Under the pieces are notes generated by a model. It saw only the letters and a list, made by a program, of their open reading frames with translations. It was not told where the DNA came from and ran no database searches. A stretch of DNA of 64,000 bases. Origin: Acidobacteriota bacterium (GTDB taxonomy: Bacteria > Acidobacteriota > UBA6911). Positions 26,064 to 35,509 of this stretch are shown here, piece by piece (position 1 is the first letter of the stretch; every line of letters starts with the position of its first letter). The translations under genes were made by a program, and so were the position numbers. Where the stretch lies: contig OY761556.1 of NCBI GenBank assembly GCA_963664705.1, positions 2,560,001-2,624,000 on the forward strand, in the 5' to 3' direction.

Positions 26064-29000
26064 CTACCTTCCCGAGCCATAAGTCTCCACGGCTCTCTTT
26101 GTATTTTGGTCCACCGACTTCATTCGCTCTCCTTCAGCATACGCCTTTGCTTTTGGTATGTTCTTGTCAACTTGAAGCCATGACGGATTCCACAGACCAT
26201 ACATCGAAAGTCTATTGAAAGCTTTGTTAACATACGATTGAGTATCAAATCCGGTATGTTCATAAGCGTATATTTGCTTGTCAGACATATATTTAGGACC
26301 ATAGCGTCTGTCGGCAATATGAGCCCCTTCATGCGCCACGATGGCTGCATTTTCAACACTCGGATCAATAGGCTTTCCAGCCATCCTTTGTGATCGCGTG
26401 CCTGTTTTGATTGCGTCAATATCGAATCTGACTGTAACTATTCCTGGTCCGCCAGTAACTCCTGCATACCCTCTTGGCACAGTCCCAAATTCGACAATAA
26501 CTCCATTAAAATCGTTTTCCTTTCCATACGTATCTAGAACTTTCTTTATGGAGTTATATTCATCGGAGCCTTCTTTCAGTTTGTTCAATGCGGTTTCCAT
26601 CTCCGCTAACTGCGTTCTGAACCATGTCTGATTTGCTTGGCATTGGCTATCGGTTATCTCGCAACCAACCGCAAAATTGAACAAACCATCAGGATCGGTA
26701 AAGGTAAAGGGAGCATTAAACGCATAGCTGTATCGATTCCATGATTGAGGATTGTTGGGATGCCCACTATTCAGCAAAGGGTCAGGACCTAGGAACCTGC
26801 CCTGGACCCCTGAGAAGTACCTAGCCCCGAAGTAATCCAACCCCGTTTCGGCGTCCCGTTCTTTGCCAGTAAATTTCTGCGGTTCCCGGCTGGTGATCTG
26901 CACGTCAGGGTTCGACAAATAGCAGTTCACTTGACTTCTCGTATTATCCGCCGAGCTTATCATTCGTCCAAAAGGCAGATAATCATTGCACTCCAGCGGG
27001 GTTCCCGTATCCGACGTGACTGCCCGGACGCTGCCCAATATATCTGATGTCAACCATGTCGCACCAGTGCTTGTCGGAGCCTGAGTGGAGTTTTCGGCTG
27101 CCAGCCGGCCCAGAGCATCATATAGGTAATATGTGTAGATCGTCGAACCGCCGTATGTCCAGGTCTTCTTGATTCGACGTCCTTCTCCATCGTAAGCGAT
27201 GGAACCGGATCCTGGACCTGAGATGCTTATGTTTCGATTTTCCGCATCGTATCCAAGCGTAAAGGACCCATACTGGGTTTGATTTCCTGAGGAATCATAG
27301 CCCCCCGGAATATTGAGGCGATTTGTCGAAGTAATGTAATTGTTGAGGCTTGCCGGTTCTCGCGAATCGGAATGCGCCAGGTTTACGGTCGTCACCGCCT
27401 GGTTGCCCCATCGATCATAGCTGAATGTCTGAGACCATGCTCCCATTTCGCTTGCAGTTGCCAATCGATCAAGCGGATCATAGGTAAATTCCTGGTAGTA
27501 GCTGTATGCCAAATTACGGGTTGTTCTTTGGTTTTGCAAATTTCCGTTGTTTTGCGTGGCATGATAATTATAGTCCAACCTCAGCCGTTCCTCTCCGCCC
27601 AGCGTCGTACCCAAACGGTAATAAGTCGTTTCTCCCGGTGTGTGGTACTCGCGTGTATCATAGAGGCCATTGCCCAATCGCATTCGTGCTATCCGTCCGT
27701 CAGGCGCATACGTTGAAAACGGAAAGTCAGCAATCACGGTCATATCCGTGTACGTCCTTGCGGAGCTGTAAACCTTACTATTTCGCCCCATGTTCTCAAC
27801 ATCATAATTCACGGTGCGTCCCGAAGGATAGGTAATGTCTTTTAATCCGCCATTAACGTACCAATGATAACCGAACGTAAACTTCCCATACCCGTTAATC
27901 GTCTGGCTGCTGCTCAAGACATTCCCAAATTCGTCATAGCTATCATATGCCATTGATGCCACATTCGAACTGATTGACTTTAGCCGGCCTACATTTGGAG
28001 AAACTGATGATCCTGCCAGATAATAACTATACGTAACATTTGGCGTGGTTGGATTATCGCTGTAGGTTTTGCTGACAATCCGATGCAACGGATCATAGGC
28101 AAATGTTGTCACTATATTTCGGGCGTCAGTCCGTGTCTGAAGGTCTCCACTGTCGAGATAGGCATAGGATGCGCTGCCGCTCTCCGGATTCGATGTCGAA
28201 CGCAAACGGCTTAAGGAACTGTAATTGAAGGTCCTGGAAGGCTGCGTTCCTTGAGTGACCTGAGTCAAGTTATCCAGGGGGTCATAAAAATAAGTCGTGC
28301 TGTAATTCAGGCCGGGGCTTGGGTCCTCCACTACCTCCAGCATTCGCCCCAGACCATCGTGCCGCTGCTTGCGTACTTTTAGCGCGGGATCGGTAACGGT
28401 TGTCCACTCAGCGTCATAGGCCTTTGTTGTCACGCCTGTGCGGGTGGTGGGATTGGTTTGCTCACAATTGGCAGGTTCGCTGCTCCCTTTGAAAATCCCA
28501 ACCTTTGATACGCGGCCAAGCAGATCGTATTGCGTGCATGTCCATTCCAATGTCGGATCATTAAGCGTTCGATAGGGAGTGCTGGTGATTACCCGGCGAC
28601 CGCCCTGGGCATACAAATCGTGTGTAGTCGTATAAATATAGTTCGGGACACCATTGACCGTCTTTTCCAATTTCCGAACCATATTTGCCCGGCCCACCTG
28701 ATCATAATTCGTAATGGTTTGTGATACCTGATCCGCATTCGTCCGCAAATCGCTTATGCCCATAACGGAGCGATCAGCGTCATTATAGATTGAAGATGTT
28801 TGTCTCAGGAGGTTCCACGTGCCGGAAACAGACTTCTTATCGGCAGTGGTCAGCTGCCGCCCTACGTTATCGTAGGTATAGAAAGTCCCCATGCCATTAT
28901 CCAGATCCTTCTTGGATGCAAGTGCTACCCCTACCGACAGAATGTTGTTGGATTGATCACGAATCATCCAGTCGTATTCCCAGGAGCGATGCACACTATT

Positions 29001-31148
29001 TGGATCGCCTTGATCCACCCGTGTTACATAAAAACCACTGTTATAGGTAATGTCGGTACGCACCTCAGGGTCATTGATATTTGTCACATCTCCGATTCTC
29101 GTCACATTGCCGTATGAATCATACGTCCGTGACAACACCTGCGCGTTGGAACCCGACAGCAGTCCAAGCCCAGGCAATCCGGGTGATTTGACGCTGTCCC
29201 ATCGTGCCTCAGCCGTAACATTTCCATTTGTATAGGCGTTTCCACCCTTTGCTGGATCATACGAATACTCGGTCGCAGCGTAGGGAATAAGCCCTTCCGC
29301 ATCCGAAGAAACCTTCCTGCGTTTAAGAGCATTCAAACGCCGCGCAGACAACTGCGCCCATATATTTGGATTGTGCGCATGCCAGTACCCATTGGCATCA
29401 TCAGGTTGTGAAAGCGTTACATAATAATCATAAAACGTTTTTCGTCTTATGATTCCCCCCGATTCGTCGGGATAATCGGTCCAGTCGTGTTCTGTTTTGG
29501 TAAGCAAATTTCCATTTTTGTCATAGGTGTAATCGACTACTGCGGTCTTCGCAGGCGTTCCCAAAGAATTTCCCACAGTCGTCGCCTCGCGATACACATA
29601 CGGATTATTAAGAATTGAATATGATCCATAAACGCTATTCTGCGCCCATTGCCGCTTTTGAACCGAACCGCTGGGTCCCTCCACCCAATTCACGAGTCCG
29701 CTGGTCCAATAGGGCGTATAATTTTTTGTGTCAAAATGACTGGTCGTTTCCCCGCCGTCAGGTGCAGTGACTTTTGTGCTCGTTAATGTATATAGAAAAG
29801 TCCACGTATCAATTGTCCCATCGTGCGTAATCTGCTTTTGCGAGACACTATTATCATTTGCTATGCAATCAGCATCCCAACTATTGAGACAGGATGCAGG
29901 CTGTTCCAGCCGGTATGAGTACCCATATTGCGAGCCTGTCGGCATGCGCATATAGTTGAGCAAGCCCCATCCATTATCGCCATCACTGTAACCGAATTTG
30001 TAGCTGTTCCAGACCGATGGCTCCTGGCCAAGAGTGACAGGTGATGCCAGTGGCAATTGAATATATTTTACTGTCCAGAACCCGCCACCATACGCCAACG
30101 TCCGATCATAGGGAGGGGGAGCCGTAGGAGCGTACGTATATCTGCGGTTCAATGATCCATACTGAATTGAATTCCAGTCAACGGCCGTCGTAATCGATCC
30201 ATTTGGTCCCGGAGCGCTTATGGTATCCCGTAGCCAAGTGTCGGTGCTGGTATTCGCATCGGTAACATTGTAGCTGATCCTGATCTCGTGTCCGCCGTCA
30301 TCCTGAATGGATGTATAGGGATCGCAACCGTCTGGCCAACTGTGGCAATAATTGCTGATCCTGATCCTGTTATTTTTCGAATCATAGGAATCTACGGTTC
30401 CGTTAACCGGAGAAACAACAACACGCCGGCCATCCGGGTAATACACATACCAGTCCTTCTCCCGCCAAGCCGTTGTCCCATCAGCGTAGATTTCAACTTT
30501 AAGGTAACTCCCATCTGTCGTGTAATACGTAAGCCAGCCGGTCACGACCTGCGGAGGAGTCTGGTAAGGGCACGTAATGTCTTTGCCTGCAGGATTAATT
30601 GGGATAAAACCATTGGTCGATGTGTACCCCCCGTAGGTCTCATAGCCTCTCAAATAGAGGATATGCATGCTGCCATCAGGCAACAACACCCTCATTCGAA
30701 CCAATCCTCTCCCTCCATACTGGCAGCCGGTGGCTTCCTGCATTTCATCTTCCAACCAGTAATTATTGGCATTGTATGTCCATCCACCGCTTAAGGTAAT
30801 TGGAGCAACCACTTTGACAGGAACATCAACGTATCTTTGGTTTAATGTATCCCACATGCGTTCTACGGCAGCATGGACATCATTAATGTGCGAATCATAT
30901 TGAAGATTCAGGTCGAATCCTATCCCTCCCCTCCCCCGTGGTATTGACGCGAGCGGGATCTGAAGATTCAATTTGCCGCTGACCGTATCGATATTGTCAA
31001 CCGGGCTGCTGAGTTGATCAGCAGTGGGCATAAATCCGCGGGGCGGCTTCGTATCGACGTTATATAAATCCTGGGCAGTTGCCAATGGCAGGAAACCAAT
31101 GATAAGCATAAGGACGAACAACGTGCTGAATCTTGATCGGCTGAACAT
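26064..31148 (-). CDS. Rhs/YD-repeat polymorphic toxin with Sec signal peptide and C-terminal HExxH domain
   Basis: YD repeats; core KFTGKERDAETGLDYFGARY..NRYSYAFNAPFTFTDPDGL; 205-aa tail with VAHEGAH; N-terminus MFSRSRFSTLFVLMLIIGFLPLATA; AGGAGG SD before 31148. Confidence 0.95.
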   Translation of the reverse strand: MFSRSRFSTLFVLMLIIGFLPLATAQDLYNVDTKPPRGFMPTADQLSSPVDNIDTVSGKLNLQIPLASIPRGRGGIGFDLNLQYDSHINDVHAAVERMWDTLNQRYVDVPVKVVAPITLSGGWTYNANNYWLEDEMQEATGCQYGGRGLVRMRVLLPDGSMHILYLRGYETYGGYTSTNGFIPINPAGKDITCPYQTPPQVVTGWLTYYTTDGSYLKVEIYADGTTAWREKDWYVYYPDGRRVVVSPVNGTVDSYDSKNNRIRISNYCHSWPDGCDPYTSIQDDGGHEIRISYNVTDANTSTDTWLRDTISAPGPNGSITTAVDWNSIQYGSLNRRYTYAPTAPPPYDRTLAYGGGFWTVKYIQLPLASPVTLGQEPSVWNSYKFGYSDGDNGWGLLNYMRMPTGSQYGYSYRLEQPASCLNSWDADCIANDNSVSQKQITHDGTIDTWTFLYTLTSTKVTAPDGGETTSHFDTKNYTPYWTSGLVNWVEGPSGSVQKRQWAQNSVYGSYSILNNPYVYREATTVGNSLGTPAKTAVVDYTYDKNGNLLTKTEHDWTDYPDESGGIIRRKTFYDYYVTLSQPDDANGYWHAHNPNIWAQLSARRLNALKRRKVSSDAEGLIPYAATEYSYDPAKGGNAYTNGNVTAEARWDSVKSPGLPGLGLLSGSNAQVLSRTYDSYGNVTRIGDVTNINDPEVRTDITYNSGFYVTRVDQGDPNSVHRSWEYDWMIRDQSNNILSVGVALASKKDLDNGMGTFYTYDNVGRQLTTADKKSVSGTWNLLRQTSSIYNDADRSVMGISDLRTNADQVSQTITNYDQVGRANMVRKLEKTVNGVPNYIYTTTHDLYAQGGRRVITSTPYRTLNDPTLEWTCTQYDLLGRVSKVGIFKGSSEPANCEQTNPTTRTGVTTKAYDAEWTTVTDPALKVRKQRHDGLGRMLEVVEDPSPGLNYSTTYFYDPLDNLTQVTQGTQPSRTFNYSSLSRLRSTSNPESGSASYAYLDSGDLQTRTDARNIVTTFAYDPLHRIVSKTYSDNPTTPNVTYSYYLAGSSVSPNVGRLKSISSNVASMAYDSYDEFGNVLSSSQTINGYGKFTFGYHWYVNGGLKDITYPSGRTVNYDVENMGRNSKVYSSARTYTDMTVIADFPFSTYAPDGRIARMRLGNGLYDTREYHTPGETTYYRLGTTLGGEERLRLDYNYHATQNNGNLQNQRTTRNLAYSYYQEFTYDPLDRLATASEMGAWSQTFSYDRWGNQAVTTVNLAHSDSREPASLNNYITSTNRLNIPGGYDSSGNQTQYGSFTLGYDAENRNISISGPGSGSIAYDGEGRRIKKTWTYGGSTIYTYYLYDALGRLAAENSTQAPTSTGATWLTSDILGSVRAVTSDTGTPLECNDYLPFGRMISSADNTRSQVNCYLSNPDVQITSREPQKFTGKERDAETGLDYFGARYFSGVQGRFLGPDPLLNSGHPNNPQSWNRYSYAFNAPFTFTDPDGLFNFAVGCEITDSQCQANQTWFRTQLAEMETALNKLKEGSDEYNSIKKVLDTYGKENDFNGVIVEFGTVPRGYAGVTGGPGIVTVRFDIDAIKTGTRSQRMAGKPIDPSVENAAIVAHEGAHIADRRYGPKYMSDKQIYAYEHTGFDTQSYVNKAFNRLSMYGLWNPSWLQVDKNIPKAKAYAEGERMKSVDQNTKRAVETYGSGR

Positions 31149-31170
31149 TGTCACTCTCCTCCTCACTCGT

Positions 31171-31941
31171 CTAGAATTGGCTTGCGTCCAAGGCAGGCAC
31201 ATTCTCAATTGCTGTCACTGTAAATGAATAAACCAGTTTCCCACCCTCGTAATGCTCAATCACGGCCGGATATGCAGATCCGTCTATGCTTCCCCACATT
31301 GAAAACCGAGTCTCTATCTTTACAGGCGGCTTAACGCTTCGGTCATAATATTGGGTCCGCTGCAGGTATCCCGTTTTTGAATCATAGTAATAGGTTTTTG
31401 TTCTAATCGTTTTGTCCTGACGGCTTCGAACAGGAATAGTCACTTCAAAAAGGTCATAGCGCGGCCCCTTGTAGTCCAGCACAAGTGCAGGATCGGGCCC
31501 AAAACCCCGACCGATTATTCGGACTGCTGCCGATTCTTGTATCGATTCCAGCATTCCTTCCGGAAAGTCCATGACAAACGTTTCCAGTAATGCCTCATCG
31601 CTTTGGCGGGAGGTTATCCCCTTCACATCTTTGCCATTGAAGGAGATCGCTGTCCCTTGTCCCTTAAAACCTTCCAGTCGGACCAGTCCTGGCAATTGGT
31701 AGATCACCCGAGTCGCCGTCGCCTTGCCATCAGCATCTGTAAACTCGCCGATATAGATCGTCGTTTCCTTGCCGGAAGTTTTCACCCGGTCTCCCAGCGC
31801 TCCCATCTGCAATGCAAATACACTGGGTATATTGGAATAATACTTCCCCGTATTCGTATTATTTTGTTCCGAATTCACAAAAGGGCAAAACATGGTCGTG
31901 ATGAAAAGAGCAGCTAGCCAGAATCGATTCTTCATCTCCAT
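31171..31941 (-). CDS. Secreted protein, LolA-like/lipoprotein-sorting-type fold predicted
   Basis: Signal peptide; C-terminal YYYDSKTGYLQR..FSMWGSIDGSAYP motif. Confidence 0.6.
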   Translation of the reverse strand: MEMKNRFWLAALFITTMFCPFVNSEQNNTNTGKYYSNIPSVFALQMGALGDRVKTSGKETTIYIGEFTDADGKATATRVIYQLPGLVRLEGFKGQGTAISFNGKDVKGITSRQSDEALLETFVMDFPEGMLESIQESAAVRIIGRGFGPDPALVLDYKGPRYDLFEVTIPVRSRQDKTIRTKTYYYDSKTGYLQRTQYYDRSVKPPVKIETRFSMWGSIDGSAYPAVIEHYEGGKLVYSFTVTAIENVPALDASQF

Positions 31942-31975
31942 TACCTCACCTCTGATATGTATTGATTGTTTGTGA

Positions 31976-32758
31976 TTACGGAACAAACAGCGAATTCGAT
32001 AAGCCCACGTTGTATTCGACCGATGTGAAGTTCATTTCCTCGATTTTGATCAATCCCTGATACACCTCAATCCTGAACGGCATCATCACGCCATTAACGC
32101 TCCGGTAATCAGAAAACAAATAGCTGGCAATAAGCGGATACTTCTGGTCGCCAAAAAGCATTGTGTAAAATCCGCCGGTGTCAAATTCGAGACGGGTGAT
32201 CAGCGATGTTGAATTATCGATATGATAACGCGTGATCTGTCCGGCCTCGTTGGTCGACTCGATGACGCGACTTAGCGAGCTTTCAGTGGCTGAATCGTGC
32301 GGCGCGGGACCCAGATCGCGAAGCGCATATTTTTCTGCATTGGCGAACAGGCTTGAAGAAGATCGGGTCGTTTGGCTTTCAATGAGGAATTTCACACTTC
32401 CGACGGCAGGAGCCGAAAAAGGCCCGGATGTTTGCCAATTCCTCTTTCCGTCAGATCCGATTCGGACAACAGTTTCATTTGCCTCCCTGCCGGTCACGAC
32501 ACGCTGGACCATTTTGTTGTCTTTGACGGTCAGCGTGAAATCCGCAGGCCCGCCCACCATGCCGGTGATTGTGATTTTGCCGCTGCCTACCCAGTCGGCA
32601 ATTGTCATTTTTCCCAATCCCTGGCCATGGGCCTGAGCAGCCTGATCAACTAATTTGATTGTCGAGCCTTGTTGGGCGTATACCTCACAAACGGCGAGAG
32701 TGCATAGCAACCCTACAGCCATTAGATTCAGCACCGAGCCTTTTATCTTCCCCACCAT
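31976..32758 (-). CDS. Secreted protein, LolA-like fold predicted (apparent paralog of neighbour)
   Basis: Signal peptide (VYA-Q); AAQAHG.., YHIDNSTSLITR..FSDYRSVNGVMMPFRIE motif. Confidence 0.65.
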   Translation of the reverse strand: MVGKIKGSVLNLMAVGLLCTLAVCEVYAQQGSTIKLVDQAAQAHGQGLGKMTIADWVGSGKITITGMVGGPADFTLTVKDNKMVQRVVTGREANETVVRIGSDGKRNWQTSGPFSAPAVGSVKFLIESQTTRSSSSLFANAEKYALRDLGPAPHDSATESSLSRVIESTNEAGQITRYHIDNSTSLITRLEFDTGGFYTMLFGDQKYPLIASYLFSDYRSVNGVMMPFRIEVYQGLIKIEEMNFTSVEYNVGLSNSLFVP

Positions 32759-32774
32759 TTTTTCTCCCCTCACG

Positions 32775-34049
32775 TTAGCGGCAAGCGTAGACAACTTCGT
32801 TGGTATAAAAATACGCCCAGGCGGAATCATCAATAGAATCAAGTTGATTTCTAACCCTGACAATGACCCACGTTCCGGGATATGTACTGCAGTCCGCATA
32901 GCTCGGGTATTGCCCCCAAGCATTTAGCGCTAATGGATATTCATAGCCGCCCCCCGGGGGGGTTGGATTGTTTATGAGGGCATAAACAGCTTGAGATTGT
33001 TCATTGCCCATTGTGAAGGTTTGCCAAGCCGGCAATTGCAACGGATTGGGCGAGTCCGTCGCACTTGTGGGTTTTGGCGGCCTTTCCAGAAAAGTCGGCT
33101 GCGGAGACAAATAAACCCAATCGTCTCGCATTGTGTTTTTAATTGCGATAAACACGCTCGTCCCAGGAGTATCCGACTGGACTAACTGCCGGAACATCTG
33201 TCCGCCCGCATTCATTTGACCCAGAGTCGTCTGATAGGAAGACGACGATCCTGCCAGAGGATAAAATGTGGCCCATACATCTATGGACATGTTGGCGCCG
33301 TTGCCTACGGTCACCGTAAATGAATCATTGCCGGCAAATCCGCTATTCGGACTGAAAGTCATGGACGTGGGTTGCGGGTAGCTGAACTGGTATACAAACA
33401 GCGATTGACCCGCAATTATAGGAAAACCATACCGGTCTCCGCCACGATTGCCGCCCACAGTGTATCCGACAGTCCCATTTCCATTCCCTGCACCAGGAGG
33501 AGTTATCGTAATCCACGAATTCCCGCCATTGGATGCCGTCCAACTGCATCCAGCCGTAGCATAAACATTGAAGGTTCCGCTCCCACCGCCGACTCCAATG
33601 TATGCGTATGTTGGCGATATGCTGAAGGAACAGCCGGAGTCCTGACTGACTGTAAATGTCTGCCCGCCAATTGTAATCGTCCCATTTCTCGCCGGGCCGG
33701 TATTTTGGGTAACCGCATAAACTACCGTACCATTGCCGGAGCCATTTGAACCGGAGGTGACCGTGAGCCATGAAGTATTGTTACTCACTGCAGTCCAGCC
33801 ACAACCCGCAGGCGCCGTGACAGTGACGCTACTACTTCCGCTGCCCGAGCCGATATTTGCAGCTGTCGGACTGATCTGATAGCTGCAAGTAACCTGTTGC
33901 GTTTCCAACGCAATCACCTGCTGGCCCATATAGACGTAGTCCTTCATCGTTTGTGTTTGGCTCCGGGCATGAGCGGACAGAAGCAAAATACTTATGCATG
34001 AGATTATTCCAACATGCAGCTTGATCGCCCTACAATGCCGTCTCTGCAT
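32775..34049 (-). CDS. Secreted BACON-domain protein
   Basis: Two repeats CSYQISP..GCGWTAVSNNTSWLTVT..GNGTVVY..RNGTITIGGQTFTVSQ; signal peptide. Confidence 0.85.
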   Translation of the reverse strand: MQRRHCRAIKLHVGIISCISILLLSAHARSQTQTMKDYVYMGQQVIALETQQVTCSYQISPTAANIGSGSGSSSVTVTAPAGCGWTAVSNNTSWLTVTSGSNGSGNGTVVYAVTQNTGPARNGTITIGGQTFTVSQDSGCSFSISPTYAYIGVGGGSGTFNVYATAGCSWTASNGGNSWITITPPGAGNGNGTVGYTVGGNRGGDRYGFPIIAGQSLFVYQFSYPQPTSMTFSPNSGFAGNDSFTVTVGNGANMSIDVWATFYPLAGSSSSYQTTLGQMNAGGQMFRQLVQSDTPGTSVFIAIKNTMRDDWVYLSPQPTFLERPPKPTSATDSPNPLQLPAWQTFTMGNEQSQAVYALINNPTPPGGGYEYPLALNAWGQYPSYADCSTYPGTWVIVRVRNQLDSIDDSAWAYFYTNEVVYACR

Positions 34050-34263
34050 TGCACACCTCACGAATTTCTTGTATTTGGAATTTGACTGCAACCACCCATT
34101 TCCCCGCCAGCTTCGCTTGTGCCGTCATTGAGGGATGCTCTCTTTTTTTGGATTTTCTATGACCGCGAGAATAAGTAGATTCTGCTTGAATGACAACGAC
34201 GAAAAGGATTGATTTTGGATCTAGATCCTTTCTCCACATTTTCGATATCATATATCATATTTC

Positions 34264-34872
34264 CTATACGTTGATATCCGGCTTGATCCCCGATGCCTTG
34301 TATTTTTCCAAATGAGAGCGCTTTCGCAATCCAAGCTTCCTCAATATCTGATGAACGTGGGTTTTCACCGTACTTATACTGATATTGAGGTTCTGTGCAA
34401 TTTCTTTGTTTGCTTGATTTTCCGAGATCAGGCAAGCGATCTGTCGTTCTCTGTTCGTGAGCAATGCATCTTCAGATTCCGCTCCTTTCTTCCCTTCCTC
34501 TTCAGAGCAGATTCCGGCCATCGCGGTTTGTATTTGAGTCGAATTCGATTGGGAAAATTCGGCCGAAACGCTACGCGCAATTGGCGCATTGCGCGAATTG
34601 CGCCAATTGCGCGTAGAACCTTCGGAGATATATCGCTTCACAGCAGGAAGATAAACCTGGTACTTTTTGCCAGTCCGGATCGCCAGAGCAAAGCGCTTTT
34701 TTATCCATAGCTGGAGCGTTCTGCGGCGAATTCCGAGAATATCGGCAGCTAAGGCGGTTGAAGCAAATAGAAGTTTCCTCTGATCCGGTTCAAGAGACAG
34801 ATAAAGATTCTGCAATTCCTGCGTATTTTTCGGATGTAATTCTCTGTTGAATGGAATGATGCGGGCTGTCAC
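34264..34872 (-). CDS. Transcriptional regulator: Xis/MerR-like HTH fused to C-terminal LuxR HTH
   Basis: STALAADILGIRRRTLQLWIK plus LTNRERQIACLI..NKEIAQNLNISISTVKTHVHQILRKLG; GTG start after GGAGG. Confidence 0.8.
   Translation of the reverse strand: MTARIIPFNRELHPKNTQELQNLYLSLEPDQRKLLFASTALAADILGIRRRTLQLWIKKRFALAIRTGKKYQVYLPAVKRYISEGSTRNWRNSRNAPIARSVSAEFSQSNSTQIQTAMAGICSEEEGKKGAESEDALLTNRERQIACLISENQANKEIAQNLNISISTVKTHVHQILRKLGLRKRSHLEKYKASGIKPDINV
34571..34616. repeat. 18-bp perfect inverted repeat built from 9-bp GCGCAATT-like units
   Basis: CTACGCGCAATTGGCGCA-N10-TGCGCCAATTGCGCGTAG. Confidence 0.9.
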
Positions 34873-35257
34873 GATGTAAACCTCCATGCAGAATGATCCT
34901 GCCACAGCGGTTTTTTGAGTACTGAGGGATTCTTTTACCAAGAACGCAAAATGGAGGAATTCGCCTACCAGAAAATAGACAAATATTCATTTTTCTCAAT
35001 TTCCAGTTGGCTCACGAATTTGCGCAGCCGTTTCGGAGGTTCCGATTTGATGGAGGTCTTTGTCCAGCAGCTTGCAGGAAAATTTATAGAAATGCAGCTG
35101 CACCCGTGAGCCAGAAGATGTATTGCCAGTTGTATGAAATCAGGCAAGGGGCGGCGGGCGCATGCCACGAGGTGGCAAAATAGACGCGGGTTTCCGGCAG
35201 GCATTGCCGTTCAGATCGACAAGTAATCTGCCTTCAGAAGCCGGCACCGATCCCTGC

Positions 35258-35467
35258 TTACGGCAATCGCTTATGCAGTTCTACCACGATTCGCTCGATT
35301 TCATGTCGCGCGATGCGTTTATGCCCGCCGGGAAGGATTATATGGCTGATGCGCCCCCTTTTTATCCAGCCATAAATCGTTCTTGAAGACTTTAACCCCA
35401 GAATCCTTGCAACCTCGTCCACTCGAAAAAGCTCTTTCTTGGGAAGGTCAATTGCAGCTGACGTCAT
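35258..35467 (-). CDS. Excisionase-family (HTH_17) DNA-binding protein
   Basis: LFRVDEVARILGLKSSRTIYGWIKRG..LPGGHKRIARHEIE. Confidence 0.85.
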   Translation of the reverse strand: MTSAAIDLPKKELFRVDEVARILGLKSSRTIYGWIKRGRISHIILPGGHKRIARHEIERIVVELHKRLP

Positions 35468-35509
35468 TTTGCTCCCTCGAATTTTTCCGTGATTATCTGT
35501 CATGTCAGT

